Numbered from the stretch's first letter, positions 1 to 8,766 are shown. The stretch is 49,399 nt of DNA from an uncultured Planctomycetaceae bacterium (GCA_964547995.1 CAZJRB010000045.1:1-49399), one strand, 5' to 3'. A program made the numbers and translations. Notes: generated from the sequence alone by a model not told the origin.

Positions 1-1237
1 AGGGTTTCCCCTTGGGGCCTCGGCCGCGGTTGACGAAGATGCGTCCTTTCGGGCCGTGTTGTAGCAGTTGGGCCGCTCGTCGAAGACGCCTTCTCCTTCC
101 ATCTCGACCGTGGCCGAAGCAACCGGGCTGTCGCGTGTGCCGATCACCAATGGAATCGGAGAAATCCAAGCCCGTCAAGGATCGGGCGGGGAACAGGCGA
201 CGACACGCATCCGTCGCCCCGGCGGCGGTCGCAAACCACTGACCGAAACCGATCCGGAGTTGATGCAGGTGCTGGAATCTCTCGTCGACCCGGTCACCCG
301 CGGTGATCCCATGTCGCCTTTGCGTTGGACGTGCAAGAGCACCTACAAGCTGTCCGGGGAATTGCATCGACGGAAACATCCTGTGGGGCCGCGAACGGTG
401 GCTTCCTTGTTGCGTCAGGCGGGATATAGCCTGCAGGCCAATCGAAAAACACGAGAAGGCAAGCAACACCCTGATCGCAACGCACAATTTGAGTACATCA
501 ACGCACAAGTCGAGCTTTTTCAGAAGCGGCGGAAGCCGACCATTTCCGTGGACACGAAAAAGAAAGAATTGGTAGGGGATTTTGCCAACGGCGGACGCGA
601 ATGGCAGCCGCAAGGAGAACCGGAAGAAGTTCGGGTGCATGACTTTAAGGACAAAGAATTGGGCAAGGCCATTCCGTACGGCGTTTACGACATGATCCAC
701 AATGAAGGGTGGGTGAACGTCGGCGTCGATCACGACACGGCGAGGTTCGCCGCGCGAAGCATCTGCCGTTGGTGGGAAGAAATGGGATCGCAGCGTTTTC
801 CACGAGCGCGACATTTGCTGATCACTGCGGATGGCGGGGGCAGCAATAGCCACCGTTCGCGGCTGTGGAAAGTTGCCCTGCAAGAGTTGGCGGACGAGAT
901 CGGTTTGAGACTCTCCGTGTGTCATTTTCCGCCAGGCACGAGCAAATGGAACAAAGTGGAACACCGCCTGTTTTGCTTCATCACGAAGAATTGGCGGGGC
1001 AAACCGTTGGTAAATCGGCAAGCCATAGTAGAATTGATCGGTAGCACCACCACACGACAGGGACTCACGGTACGTGCCGTATTGGACACGAACAGCTATG
1101 AAACGGGCATCAAGGTCAGCGATTCGGAACTCGCTAAAGTCAAGCTGACTCGTCATGACTTCCACGGTGATTGGAACTACACGATCAAACCACGAAAGTA
1201 AAACTTGTACAGTTTATTTCTGCGCGGTACCTAAGTT
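1..1237 (+). mobile_element. ISAzo13-family insertion sequence, copy 1 (left end beyond window start)
   Basis: Encodes a transposase with ISAzo13-type motifs (WTCKS, HPDRNAQFEYI, PPGTSKWNK, HGDWNYTI). Right terminal sequence ~1210-1237 (tttatttctgcgcgGtacctaag) matches the right end of copy 2. Confidence 0.6.
68..1201 (+). CDS. ISAzo13-family DDE transposase; N-terminal ~35 aa out of frame relative to copy 2 (frameshifted or truncated)
   Basis: 377-aa ORF strongly similar to ORF 1782..2834. Upstream frame 12..242 carries the SSWAAR segment that matches QWAAAEAR in copy 2, so the N-terminus is frameshifted. Confidence 0.7.
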   Translation: MGRSSKTPSPSISTVAEATGLSRVPITNGIGEIQARQGSGGEQATTRIRRPGGGRKPLTETDPELMQVLESLVDPVTRGDPMSPLRWTCKSTYKLSGELHRRKHPVGPRTVASLLRQAGYSLQANRKTREGKQHPDRNAQFEYINAQVELFQKRRKPTISVDTKKKELVGDFANGGREWQPQGEPEEVRVHDFKDKELGKAIPYGVYDMIHNEGWVNVGVDHDTARFAARSICRWWEEMGSQRFPRARHLLITADGGGSNSHRSRLWKVALQELADEIGLRLSVCHFPPGTSKWNKVEHRLFCFITKNWRGKPLVNRQAIVELIGSTTTRQGLTVRAVLDTNSYETGIKVSDSELAKVKLTRHDFHGDWNYTIKPRK

Positions 1238-1265
1238 CGTTTGTATTTCTCAAAGGGAGTGTGGT

Positions 1266-1466
1266 ATGCCGCAAGGTACGATCAAGAAGTTGCTGACGGA
1301 AAAAGGTTTTGGATTCATCAAGACAGACGCCGACGATATGTTCTTTCACCACTCGGCACTCCAGGGCGTGTCGATGGAAAATCTCAGCGAGGGGCAAACC
1401 GTCGAGTACGAAGTGGGAGAGGGACGTAAGGGGCCGTGTGCCGAGAACGTTCGTGTTGTCGAGTGA
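1266..1466 (+). CDS. cold-shock domain protein (CspA family)
   Basis: MPQGTIKKLLTEKGFGFIKTDADDMFFHHSAL... has the canonical CSD RNP motifs KGFGFI and FFHHS. RBS-like agggag lies 8 nt upstream of ATG 1266. Confidence 0.8.
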   Translation: MPQGTIKKLLTEKGFGFIKTDADDMFFHHSALQGVSMENLSEGQTVEYEVGEGRKGPCAENVRVVE

Positions 1467-1474
1467 GGAGTGCG

Positions 1475-1726
1475 ATGGGATTGGTGTTGGCCAACGGTGA
1501 GGGTGGCGTCGGAGTTCCGGCAGCCGTAGCTGCGCTCCGGGAAGGGCGTTCGGCACTGGATTTCCTCGAGGAAGGTATCCGTATTGTAGAACTCGATCCG
1601 ACGGCAAGGACGGTCGGTTTCGGAGGCGCACCGAATATGTTGGGCCAAATGGAGTGCGACGCCTCTATTATGTGCGGTGCGTCGCTCAGAAGTGGAGCCG
1701 TTGGCGCACTAAGCGTCCGCACATAA
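1475..1726 (+). pseudogene. isoaspartyl peptidase/L-asparaginase (Ntn-hydrolase) N-terminal fragment, truncated by IS copy 2
   Basis: MGLVLANGEGGVGVPAAVAALREGRSALDFLEEGIRIVELDP...GFGGAPNMLGQMECDASIMCG matches the asparaginase N-terminus. The ORF ends after ~83 aa at a stop supplied by the IS left end (acataaataacctgaacaa). Confidence 0.55.
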
Positions 1727-2868
1727 ATAACCTGAACAACTGATATTGGTAGAATCGACCGGATACATTATAAAATAGGGAATGGATGACGCTAAGATTA
1801 TTGCTCGTATCCGGCGCAAGTATCGAGCGCTTGCTGTGGAAATGGATGAACGCATCCGGCGCCAGTGGGCGGCGGCGGAAGCTCGTGATTTGAGGTATGG
1901 CGGGGTTTCGGCCGTCGCGCGTGCTACGGGACTTTCTCGGACAACCATCACGGCAGGACTGCGAGAACTCAAGCTGCCTGCCAAGAAACGTGCGGCGGAA
2001 GCCCAGCGGATTCGACGCCCTGGGGGTGGACGGCGGTGTGCGACCGACAACGATCCTGAATTGATCGAGGCGCTGGAGGCCTTGATTGAGCCGATGACGC
2101 GAGGCGATCCGGAGTCGCCATTGCGGTGGACATGCAAGAGCACGTATCGCTTGGCCGAAGAACTGACACAACAAGATCATCCCATCGGGCCTCGCACGGT
2201 TGCCAAGTTGCTGCACGAATCGGGATATAGCCTGCAAGCCAATCGCAAAACGCGCGAAGGAAAACAACATCCCGATCGCAATGCTCAGTTTGAGTACATT
2301 AACGAACAGGTTCAGCTCTTTCAAAGACGACGCAAGCCGACCATTTCGGTCGACATGAAAAAGAAGGAACTGGTCGGGGATTTTGCCAACCGTGGACGCG
2401 AGTGGTGGGAAGAAATGGGCGCGAAGCGTTTCCCGCGAGCGCGGCATTTGTTGATCACCGCCGATGGCGGGGGCAGCAACAGCCACCGCTCGCGGCTTTG
2501 GAAAATCGCCTTGCAGGAATTGGCGGACGAGATCAACTTGAAACTCAGTGTGTGTCATTTTCCGCCGGGTACCAGCAAGTGGAACAAGATCGAGCACCGT
2601 TTGTTTTCTTTCATCACTCAAAACTGGCGGGGCAAACCGTTGGTGAGTCGCCAAGCCATCGTGGAATTGATCAGCAGCACGACCACCCGTAAAGGGCTCA
2701 TCGTCCGTGCCGCTCTCGACACCCACACCTACGAAACGGGCATCAAGGTTCACGATGCCGAACTCGCCAACGTCAAACTAACACGGCACGACTTTCACGG
2801 TGACTGGAACTACACGATCAAACCAGCGAAATAGTTGTTCATGTTATTTCTGCGCGATCCCTAAAGAA
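1712..2868 (+). mobile_element. ISAzo13-family insertion sequence, copy 2 (~1.16 kb)
   Basis: Left end cgcacataaataacctgaacaact is an imperfect inverted repeat of right end agttgttcatgttatttctgcgcg (2835-2868). Encloses transposase ORF 1782..2834. Confidence 0.6.
1782..2834 (+). CDS. ISAzo13-family transposase with in-frame ~53-aa internal deletion spanning the DDE region (probably non-functional)
   Basis: Full-length N-terminus present. Relative to copy 1 it lacks QPQGEPEEV...VNVGVDHDTARFAARSICRW (GREW|WEEMG junction), which removes the conserved acidic residues. Confidence 0.7.
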   Translation: MDDAKIIARIRRKYRALAVEMDERIRRQWAAAEARDLRYGGVSAVARATGLSRTTITAGLRELKLPAKKRAAEAQRIRRPGGGRRCATDNDPELIEALEALIEPMTRGDPESPLRWTCKSTYRLAEELTQQDHPIGPRTVAKLLHESGYSLQANRKTREGKQHPDRNAQFEYINEQVQLFQRRRKPTISVDMKKKELVGDFANRGREWWEEMGAKRFPRARHLLITADGGGSNSHRSRLWKIALQELADEINLKLSVCHFPPGTSKWNKIEHRLFSFITQNWRGKPLVSRQAIVELISSTTTRKGLIVRAALDTHTYETGIKVHDAELANVKLTRHDFHGDWNYTIKPAK

Positions 2869-2892
2869 CTACGTGCATGCGATCTCGGTTGC

Positions 2893-3085
2893 GCGACAAG
2901 TCCCTCTGTGCCAACATGAGTGAGACAACTGCCTCCTGATTTATTAGAGTAGAGGGCGAAAGGAGGCGAGCCCTTGATGGAACGCACAGAATCGGTTGGT
3001 GAAGAACGAACTGTCCCCACGCCAGAGGTACTGGAAAAACCGGTGCGGCGGCGGTTCACCGTAGAGTACAAGACGCGGATCCTGG
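2893..3085 (+). mobile_element. IS3-family terminal fragment (5' end plus OrfA N-terminus), solo remnant
   Basis: MMERTESVGEERTVPTPEVLEKPVRRRFTVEYKTRIL...LLRREGLYSSYLTTWRRQRD is a typical IS3 OrfA HTH N-terminus. The ~190-bp block is ~97% identical to an inverted copy at 47891..48078. The OrfA-like reading frame continues to ~3200 in this copy only. Confidence 0.5.
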
Positions 3086-5064
3086 CCGAGGCGGATGCCT
3101 GCGCGGAGCCGGGGATGCTTGGCGAATTGCTCCGGCGTGAGGGGCTCTACTCGTCGTATTTGACCACCTGGCGAAGGCAACGTGACGATCTCAATACCAA
3201 GGTTGCGGAAATTTCCAAAGCCGCTGCGGAAGTGAAACCAGCACTTGCTACCCTTGATACAAACCCTGCTGATCCAGCAGCCAATCTTGCCGTTGGCAGG
3301 TACTACTACTGCTTGATGAAAGGGGATTGGGCGAAAGGTGTGTCCATGTTGGCATTGAGCAGCGATCCGACAATCAAGGTATTAGCAGAGAAGGAGCTTC
3401 AGGGAGTCACCGCAGCAAATGACCAGGTTGCTTTGGCCGATGGCTGGTGGGCATTGGCAGAAAATGAGACTGGCACAGCCAAAGAACAACTCCAAGCACA
3501 TGCCGCTGGTTGGTACAAACAGGCGTTACCCCAGTTGGGTGGATTGGTGAAGGCGAAGGTTGAGAAGCGGTTGAACGAGGCTCCGGCGGTGGGGGAAATC
3601 TCGTTCAAGCCGACTATTCCTCCAACACCGAAGAGGGAACGCTTGGACCCGACCAGCGTGAGGCTTCTGAGGACGCTTGAGCATGACGATGCCGCAAGGA
3701 GTATTGCCTTTAGCCCGGACAGTTCCACTTTGGCTTCAGGAGGCTATGACACAAAGGTGAGACTTTGGAACGTAGCAACTGGGCAAATTCAAAGGACGCT
3801 CTCGGGGCATCGCTACTGGATATTGTGCGTCCGCTTTAGCCCGGACGGATCGACACTGGCATCCGGCAGCATGGACAGGACAACGAGGCTTTGGGATGTG
3901 ACGAGTGGACAGCTTCGGAAGATACTGAAAGCAAACAACCGGGTTTGTGCTGTCGCCTTTAGCCCGGATGGTTCAACTTTGGCTTCAGGAGGCTACGATA
4001 CAGCCGTGAGACTCTGGGATGTGAAAACCGGGATAGTCCGTAGAACCTTGCAAGGACATGCTGCCGTAGTTGGATCTGTCGCGTTCAGCCCGGATGGTTC
4101 AATGCTGGCTTCGGCAGGTGGTGACAAGACAATTAGGCTGTGGGGCGTTGAATCTGGTCGGCATCGTACGACACTTACCGGTCACGAAGCGGGCGTGAAA
4201 TGCGTCTTCCATCCCAATCTTCCGATTATTGCTTCCGCGAGTTCTGATGGAACAGTCAGATTGTGGGATAGCGTCAGTGGCCAGCTTCGTGAGACAGTCG
4301 ATGCGAAATCCAGAAGCGTATACGACGTTGCGTTCAGCCCCGATGGATCGATCCTGGCTACTGTGGGAGAGGCTGGCATGAATCTTTGGTCCGTGTCGCG
4401 GCAAGGCCGGTGTTCAGCCCGTCATACGCCAGTCGGTGAACAAGGCAAAGTCCTTTGTATGGCCTTCAGCCCGGATGGTTCCATGCTGGCTTCCGGACAT
4501 CCCGACAAGACGATCAAGCTGTGGGGCCGTTCGGCAAGGAGTGGCGATACGACTGGCAAAGAACCTGTACCGAGTTCAGGCGGCGGTTCGAGACCACCAA
4601 AAGAGCTTTCAATCGACCTCGGCAACGGCGTCAAGATGGAGTTCGTCTTGATCCCGGCTGGCGAGTTCATGATGGGGTCGTCGGAGGCGGAGCGGAAGAT
4701 CGCGCTGGCTCAGGAAACCGCGGCCTGGGCGAAAGAGAAGATTCCGACCGAGGGCCCGCAGCACCGCGTCAAGATCACAAAGCCGTTTTACTTGGGCAAG
4801 TACGAAGTGACTCAGGCACAGTGGCAGGCGGTGATGGGGAACAACCCGTCGAAGTACAAGGCCCCGACCAATCCGGTCGAGTAGGTGAATTGGGAGGATA
4901 TCCAGCAGTTTTTGGCGAAGATGAACACGGCGTTCGAGAAGAAAGGGATGGTGTTCGGTCTTCCAACGGAGGCGGGCTGGGAATACGCCTGTCGCGCGGG
5001 AACAACGACGGCGTTTAGCTTGGAAAACCCAAACCGAAAAGGCGGCGTTGGCGGCGAGTGTTAG
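2974..5064 (+). pseudogene. chimeric pseudogene: IS3 OrfA fragment fused to a decayed paralog (helical region, WD40, FGE-sulfatase) of the C-terminal half of the 1787-aa protein at 24994..30357
   Basis: From DTNPADPAANLAVGRYYYC onward it aligns with aa ~780-1560 of ORF 24994..30357 (WD40 repeats, then LIPAGEFMMGSSEAE...NPVE). An in-frame TAG at 4882-4884 replaces the Arg of NPVERVNW; the FGE-like domain then continues in frame and terminates early ([20 protein letters not shown]). Confidence 0.55.
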
Positions 5065-6056
5065 GTGCTTCCTTTGCCCTTCTCGTGCTGGCTGTTTTCG
5101 TGTGTTGGTGGATCATGATTCGGATGCCCGGCAGAAGTTACCGTGGCGAATTGCCCCCGGCAGATGAGAGCCTGACTTCGCTCGCCGACGAGCTTCGTGG
5201 AAATGTCACCCACCTTGCCGTCGAGATTGGCGAGCGAAACGTCTTGAATCGCCCCAAGGAGTTGGCAGAGGCGGCGGACTGGATTGAAGCCCAGCTCGCG
5301 GATTCCGGATACGAGGTGAACCGCCAGGAGTATGAGGTCTCCGGCATGAAGTGCTCCAACCTGGAGGTAGAGGTTTCCGGCACAACCCAACCGGATGAAA
5401 TCGTCGTCATCGGCGCACACTACGACACCGTGATCGGTACGCCGGGCGCCAACGACAACACCACCGGTGTCGCAGCAATGCTGGCCCTGGCTCGTAGGTT
5501 CTACGGGCAAGAGCCTTCGCGGACGTTGCGGTTCGTCGCGTTCGTCAATGAGGAGCCGCCATACTTCCAGACCTCGCAGATGGGCTCGTGGGTCTATGCC
5601 CGCCGGTGCCGCAAGCGGAACGAGGACATTGTGGCAATGATGAGCCTGGAGACGATCGGTTTCTATGACGACGCTCCCGGCAGCCAGAAGTATCCGCTGC
5701 CTTTTGGGATGCTATATCCATCCCAGGGCAATTTCATCGGCTTCGTGGGCAATGTGAAGTCTCGTGCCCTCGTCCGCGAGGCGATTGGAACATTTCGGCG
5801 AAACGAGGAATTCCCATCCGAAGGCGGTGCTCTGCCGGCGTTTATTCCCGGCATCGGCCTCTCGGATCATTGGTCTTTCTGGCAGGAGGGGTATCCAGGG
5901 CTGATGGTGACCGACACGGCAATGTTTCGCTATCCCTACTACCACGACCCGGAGGACACGGTAGACAAGGTAGACTTCGAGCGGACGGCGCGTGTTGTTC
6001 GAGGACTTGAGAAAGTAGTTGGTGAGTTGGCTGGTGCGAAAGCATCCCCAGAGTAG
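5058..6056 (+). CDS. M28-family zinc aminopeptidase (membrane-anchored)
   Basis: GAHYDTV...[17 protein letters not shown]...EEPPYF is the M28 metal-binding signature. N-terminal TM segment present. GTG start. Confidence 0.75.
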   Translation: MLGASFALLVLAVFVCWWIMIRMPGRSYRGELPPADESLTSLADELRGNVTHLAVEIGERNVLNRPKELAEAADWIEAQLADSGYEVNRQEYEVSGMKCSNLEVEVSGTTQPDEIVVIGAHYDTVIGTPGANDNTTGVAAMLALARRFYGQEPSRTLRFVAFVNEEPPYFQTSQMGSWVYARRCRKRNEDIVAMMSLETIGFYDDAPGSQKYPLPFGMLYPSQGNFIGFVGNVKSRALVREAIGTFRRNEEFPSEGGALPAFIPGIGLSDHWSFWQEGYPGLMVTDTAMFRYPYYHDPEDTVDKVDFERTARVVRGLEKVVGELAGAKASPE

Positions 6057-6087
6057 GCAAGGGTAGGAATCGCCCCAGTAGACTGAT

Positions 6088-7017
6088 ATGCGGCCCGCAA
6101 GGCGAAGCTCCATGACCGAAGTCCACTACGTCTACCACCCGGATAGCGGCATCGACATTGGCGAACACGTTTTTCCTACCGAGAAGTACGCGCTGCTGGA
6201 GCGGCTTCTCCGTGAGGAACTGGGGGTCGAAGAAGACCGATTCCACGACCGCGAAGCGGTCACGGACGAGGATCTGGGGAGAGTTCACACGTCTTCCTAC
6301 GTTGAGGATTTGCGGCTTGCCCGGGCGATCCTGGCCACGTTGCGCAGTGAGTTGCCCGTCACGCACGAGGCGATCGAGGGTTTTCGGGCCATGGCCGGTG
6401 GTAGCATCGCCGCCGTTGGTCTCGCTCTCCGCTACGGTGTCGGGTTCCACATCGGCGGAGGTCTACACCACGCCTTTCCCGACCATGCCGAAGGGTTTTG
6501 CTATATCCACGATATGGCGGTTGCCGTCGAGCATTTTCGCGCCCAAGGAACCTGCGAGAAGGTGCTGTTCGTCGATGTGGACCTTCATCAAGGGAACGGG
6601 ACTGCCGTTATCTACGACGGGGATGCGAATACGTACACGTACTCCATCCACCAAGAGAATAACTACCCGGTCAAGCAACGGAGCGACTTAGACCGAGGGC
6701 TGGACGATGGAGCGGGCGATGGAGAATACCTCCGATGGTTACAGTATGACCTGGATGTGATCGACGGCTCTTTCGAGCCTGAATTGGTTTGCTATGTGGC
6801 CGGCGTCGATCCATTCTACGCTGACCAACTGGGCGGATTGGCCCTGACCGAACAAGGGCTTCGCAAGCGAGACGGGGTTGTTCTGGGGCGGTTTGTCGAG
6901 CGTGGTGTGCCCATTGTGGTGTTCCTGGCCGGCGGGTACGCACCGACACCCCAACAAACTGCCCGGCTGCATTTTGGGACTGCCTCGGCTGCCGAGGAAG
7001 CGTGCGGTAGATTCTGA
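6088..7017 (+). CDS. histone deacetylase-family protein (acetoin utilization AcuC / acetylpolyamine amidohydrolase-like)
   Basis: GGGLHHAFPDHAEGFCYIHD...VDVDLHQGNGT...SIH are class I/II HDAC motifs. Confidence 0.75.
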   Translation: MRPARRSSMTEVHYVYHPDSGIDIGEHVFPTEKYALLERLLREELGVEEDRFHDREAVTDEDLGRVHTSSYVEDLRLARAILATLRSELPVTHEAIEGFRAMAGGSIAAVGLALRYGVGFHIGGGLHHAFPDHAEGFCYIHDMAVAVEHFRAQGTCEKVLFVDVDLHQGNGTAVIYDGDANTYTYSIHQENNYPVKQRSDLDRGLDDGAGDGEYLRWLQYDLDVIDGSFEPELVCYVAGVDPFYADQLGGLALTEQGLRKRDGVVLGRFVERGVPIVVFLAGGYAPTPQQTARLHFGTASAAEEACGRF

Positions 7018-7432
7018 ATCGCCGTACCATGCGCAAGGGGATGGGAGCCCATCACTTACCCATAGACAACGTTTAACTCATTGGGTAACCGGTGCATTCC
7101 ACTGACGGGAATAGAATTCGGGATTGCAGGGGAATAATCAGCAGACTTTAAGCATCTACTGTTGACGGGATGGGAGTAGAAACGAAGAAATTTGTGAACC
7201 TTTTGTCCACTTCCGGCGACTAATGTCAATAGAGAGTATAGGAAGTGCCCTCGAAGGGGCTGACCTACACCCGAAACATTCTCAAGTAGGATTAGGAACA
7301 ATGGTTTTTTCGTGCTCAAGTATCACCGCCGAACCAAAATGCCAGGGGCGTTTTGCCGATTATCCGGCGAATGCGCTGCCCGGCCTCCGTTTGCGCTTGT
7401 GACACTTGGCTACGTACTCCGATGACAACCAA

Positions 7433-7466
7433 AGCCCGGTGTCACAGCGACATCGGGCTTTTTTCG
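7433..7466 (+). terminator. Rho-independent terminator-like hairpin immediately upstream of the tRNA array
   Basis: agcccg-N15-cgggct stem followed by TTTTTT. Confidence 0.45.
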
Positions 7467-7502
7467 TGGAATTTCGACTCGTTTGGACTGGTAGCTGAGA
7501 CG

Positions 7503-7576
7503 GGACCACCGCTACGCGGCGGTGCCCGCGCCTGGCTGAAAACCAGGAGACGGGGATTCGAGCGCCCCCTGGTCCA
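7503..7576 (+). tRNA. tRNA-Phe(GAA)-like gene with atypical 9-nt T-loop and C7:C66 mismatch; possible pseudogene/chimera
   Basis: Anticodon arm cctgg-CTGAAAA-ccagg (Phe-type loop) and acceptor ggaccac/ctggtcc. The 5' half carries the 26-nt block ggaccaccgctacgcggcggtgcccg, repeated at 8509-8534. The T region ggggATTCGAGCGcccc is non-canonical. Confidence 0.3.
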
Positions 7577-7602
7577 CTGCGCGGAGACCGCGCGCACAAC
7601 AT

Positions 7603-7675
7603 GCCCCGTTCGTCTAACGGTTCAGGACAGCGGACTTTCGATCCGCAAACAGGGGTTCGATTCCCCTACGGGGTA
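7603..7675 (+). tRNA. tRNA-Glu(TTC)
   Basis: Cloverleaf: acceptor gccccgt/acggggt (G1:U72), anticodon stem gcgga/tccgc with loop cTTTCga, T-arm agggg-TTCGATT-cccct. Confidence 0.55.
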
Positions 7676-7682
7676 CTTAAAG

Positions 7683-7776
7683 CAGAACGTGGCGAAGCCT
7701 GGTATCGCGCCGGGCACCGACGCGCAGCGTTGGTCCGGGGGCCAGGAGATCACCGGTTCAAATCCGGTCGTTCTGA
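7683..7776 (+). tRNA. atypical 94-nt class-II-like tRNA-like gene (family member A); anticodon unresolved
   Basis: Perfect 7-bp acceptor cagaacg/cgttctg, D-arm gcga-AGCCTGGTA-tcgc, T-arm accgg-TTCAAAT-ccggt. The central stem-loop ccgac-GCGCAGC-gttgg has no U at position 33. Shares the block gccgggcaccgNcgcgNagcgNtggtc with 7813..7905. Confidence 0.4.
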
Positions 7777-7812
7777 CTTCGATTGGCTTGACGGGCGAAA
7801 CGAAAAAACAAC

Positions 7813-7905
7813 CGGGATGTAGGGCAGCGGCAAGCCCGCCGGGCACCGCCGCGGAGCGGTGGTCGTGGGAACACGAGATCGTGGGTTCGAGTCCCACCTT
7901 CCCGA
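7813..7905 (+). tRNA. atypical 93-nt class-II-like tRNA-like gene (family member B); loop gcGGAgc (Ser-GGA-like?)
   Basis: Acceptor cgggatg/cttcccg (one mismatch), T-arm gtggg-TTCGAGT-cccac, central stem ccgcc/ggtgg with loop GCGGAGC, variable hairpin tcgtg-GGAA-cacga. A compensatory change relative to member A (a:t to c:g) supports the central stem. Confidence 0.4.
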
Positions 7906-7931
7906 CTGAACAAAAACGGTAGTCGAGGGCT

Positions 7932-7989
7932 GGTAGCCCAGACACGGCTGATAACCGAGTTGCGCTGAGTTCGATTCTCAGGGCTACCA
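7932..7989 (+). tRNA. truncated tRNA-like gene (58 nt, no D-arm; Ile-GAT-like loop CTGATAA); probable pseudogene
   Basis: Acceptor ggtagcc/ggctacc and T-arm ctgag-TTCGATT-ctcag are perfect, but only 26 nt lie between acceptor and T-stem. Confidence 0.3.
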
Positions 7990-8044
7990 CTAAGGAGGAT
8001 GAACATGCTGCACAGATTGAAACGAATAGGTCCGATCCATCGAC

Positions 8045-8117
8045 GGGGTCGTGGCCGAATTGGAGAGGCACCGGACTTTTAATCCGGCTTATGCGGGTTC
8101 GAGTCCCGCCGGCCCCA
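8045..8117 (+). tRNA. tRNA-Lys(TTT)
   Basis: Acceptor ggggtcg/cggcccc, anticodon arm ccgga-CTTTTAA-tccgg, T-arm gcggg-TTCGAGT-cccgc. Confidence 0.65.
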
Positions 8118-8119
8118 CT

Positions 8120-8267
8120 GGGAGCGTAGCTCAGTGGTCGGAGCAGGACTCCTTTAGAGGCGTGCAGGCGGGCGAAGTCGTTACATGTGAGAGGCGTGAC
8201 AGGCCAACTCGGGCTTGGCATAAGACATGAAAGGCCCAGGCCGGAGGTTCGATTCCTCCCGCTCCTA
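8120..8267 (+). tRNA. interrupted tRNA-like gene: canonical 5' half and 3' T-arm/acceptor separated by a ~70-nt insertion containing a 13-nt direct repeat; probable pseudogene
   Basis: 5' gggagcg-TA-gctc-AGTGGTCG-gagc pairs with 3' ...ggagg-TTCGATT-cctcc-cgctcct. The insert contains gagaggcgtgCcagg (8156-8170) and gagaggcgtgAcagg (8189-8203). Confidence 0.3.
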
Positions 8268-8275
8268 TTACGAAT

Positions 8276-8348
8276 GGGACTGTGGCAGACAAGGTAATGC
8301 ACCGGTCTCTTAAACCGGACGATGTGGGTTCGATGCCCACCGGTCCCA
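8276..8348 (+). tRNA. tRNA-Lys(CTT)
   Basis: Acceptor gggactg/cggtccc, anticodon arm ccggt-CTCTTAA-accgg, T-arm gtggg-TTCGATG-cccac. Confidence 0.65.
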
Positions 8349-8360
8349 CTGAAACAACAA

Positions 8361-8432
8361 GCACTGGTCGTTCAGCGGCAAGGACACCGCACCCGTAATG
8401 CGGCGACGAGGGTTCGAGTCCCTCCCGGTGCT
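8361..8432 (+). tRNA. tRNA-Thr(CGT), C at position 33
   Basis: Acceptor gcactgg/ccggtgc, anticodon arm ccgca-CCCGTAA-tgcgg, T-arm gaggg-TTCGAGT-ccctc. Confidence 0.5.
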
Positions 8433-8508
8433 CTTGGCTCTTTGACAATTTGGTGCCAACTGTAGTGCCCATGATGTAGCGGCAGCCTGTCGCCTTGCCA
8501 TGGCGGAC

Positions 8509-8534
8509 GGACCACCGCTACGCGGCGGTGCCCG
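8509..8534 (+). repeat. 26-nt direct repeat of the tRNA-like block at 7503-7528, within a tRNA-remnant region (8440-8585)
   Basis: ggaccaccgctacgcggcggtgcccg is identical at both loci. Followed by a T-loop-like ggttcaactcc with no foldable cloverleaf. Confidence 0.5.
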
Positions 8535-8585
8535 GTTCAACTCCCGCTGGGCGCTCTGGCGATCGTGCTTGCACGGTCTGCGAAT

Positions 8586-8659
8586 CAGGATGTAGGAAAG
8601 CCTGGAAATCCGCCGGTTTTGGGAACCGGAAAACGTGGGTTCAAATCCCACCATCCTGA
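8586..8659 (+). tRNA. tRNA-Pro(TGG)
   Basis: Acceptor caggatg/catcctg, anticodon arm ccggt-TTTGGGA-accgg, T-arm gtggg-TTCAAAT-cccac. Confidence 0.6.
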
Positions 8660-8668
8660 CTGACACGA

Positions 8669-8737
8669 TCCGGTGTGGCCAAACGGTAAGGCGGCCTGTT
8701 AAGCCGAAGATTGGGGGTTCGATTCCTCCCACCGGAG
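8669..8737 (+). tRNA. tRNA-Asn(GTT)-like (short D-arm, U1:A72)
   Basis: Acceptor tccggtg/caccgga, anticodon loop CTGTTAA on stem cggc/gccg, T-arm ggggg-TTCGATT-cctcc. Confidence 0.4.
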
Positions 8738-8766
8738 CCTTTTCGAGACAACGGTGTCTTGATTGA

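Noticed and set aside
4455-5018. 187-aa plus-strand ORF in an alternative frame of the WD40-FGE pseudogene
   Set aside because: Gly/Arg-rich frame artefact overlapping a frame with clear paralog homology.
7683-7905. tRNA-Sec (selenocysteine) identity for the two 93-94-nt tRNA-like genes
   Set aside because: Length and long variable arm fit, but no UCA anticodon is present and the acceptor stem is 7 bp, not 8. Left as unresolved tRNA-like genes.
8476-8520. Possible tRNA acceptor pairing gtagcgg/ccgctac
   Set aside because: The two halves are only 38 nt apart, so this is a simple hairpin in the tRNA-remnant region, not a cloverleaf.
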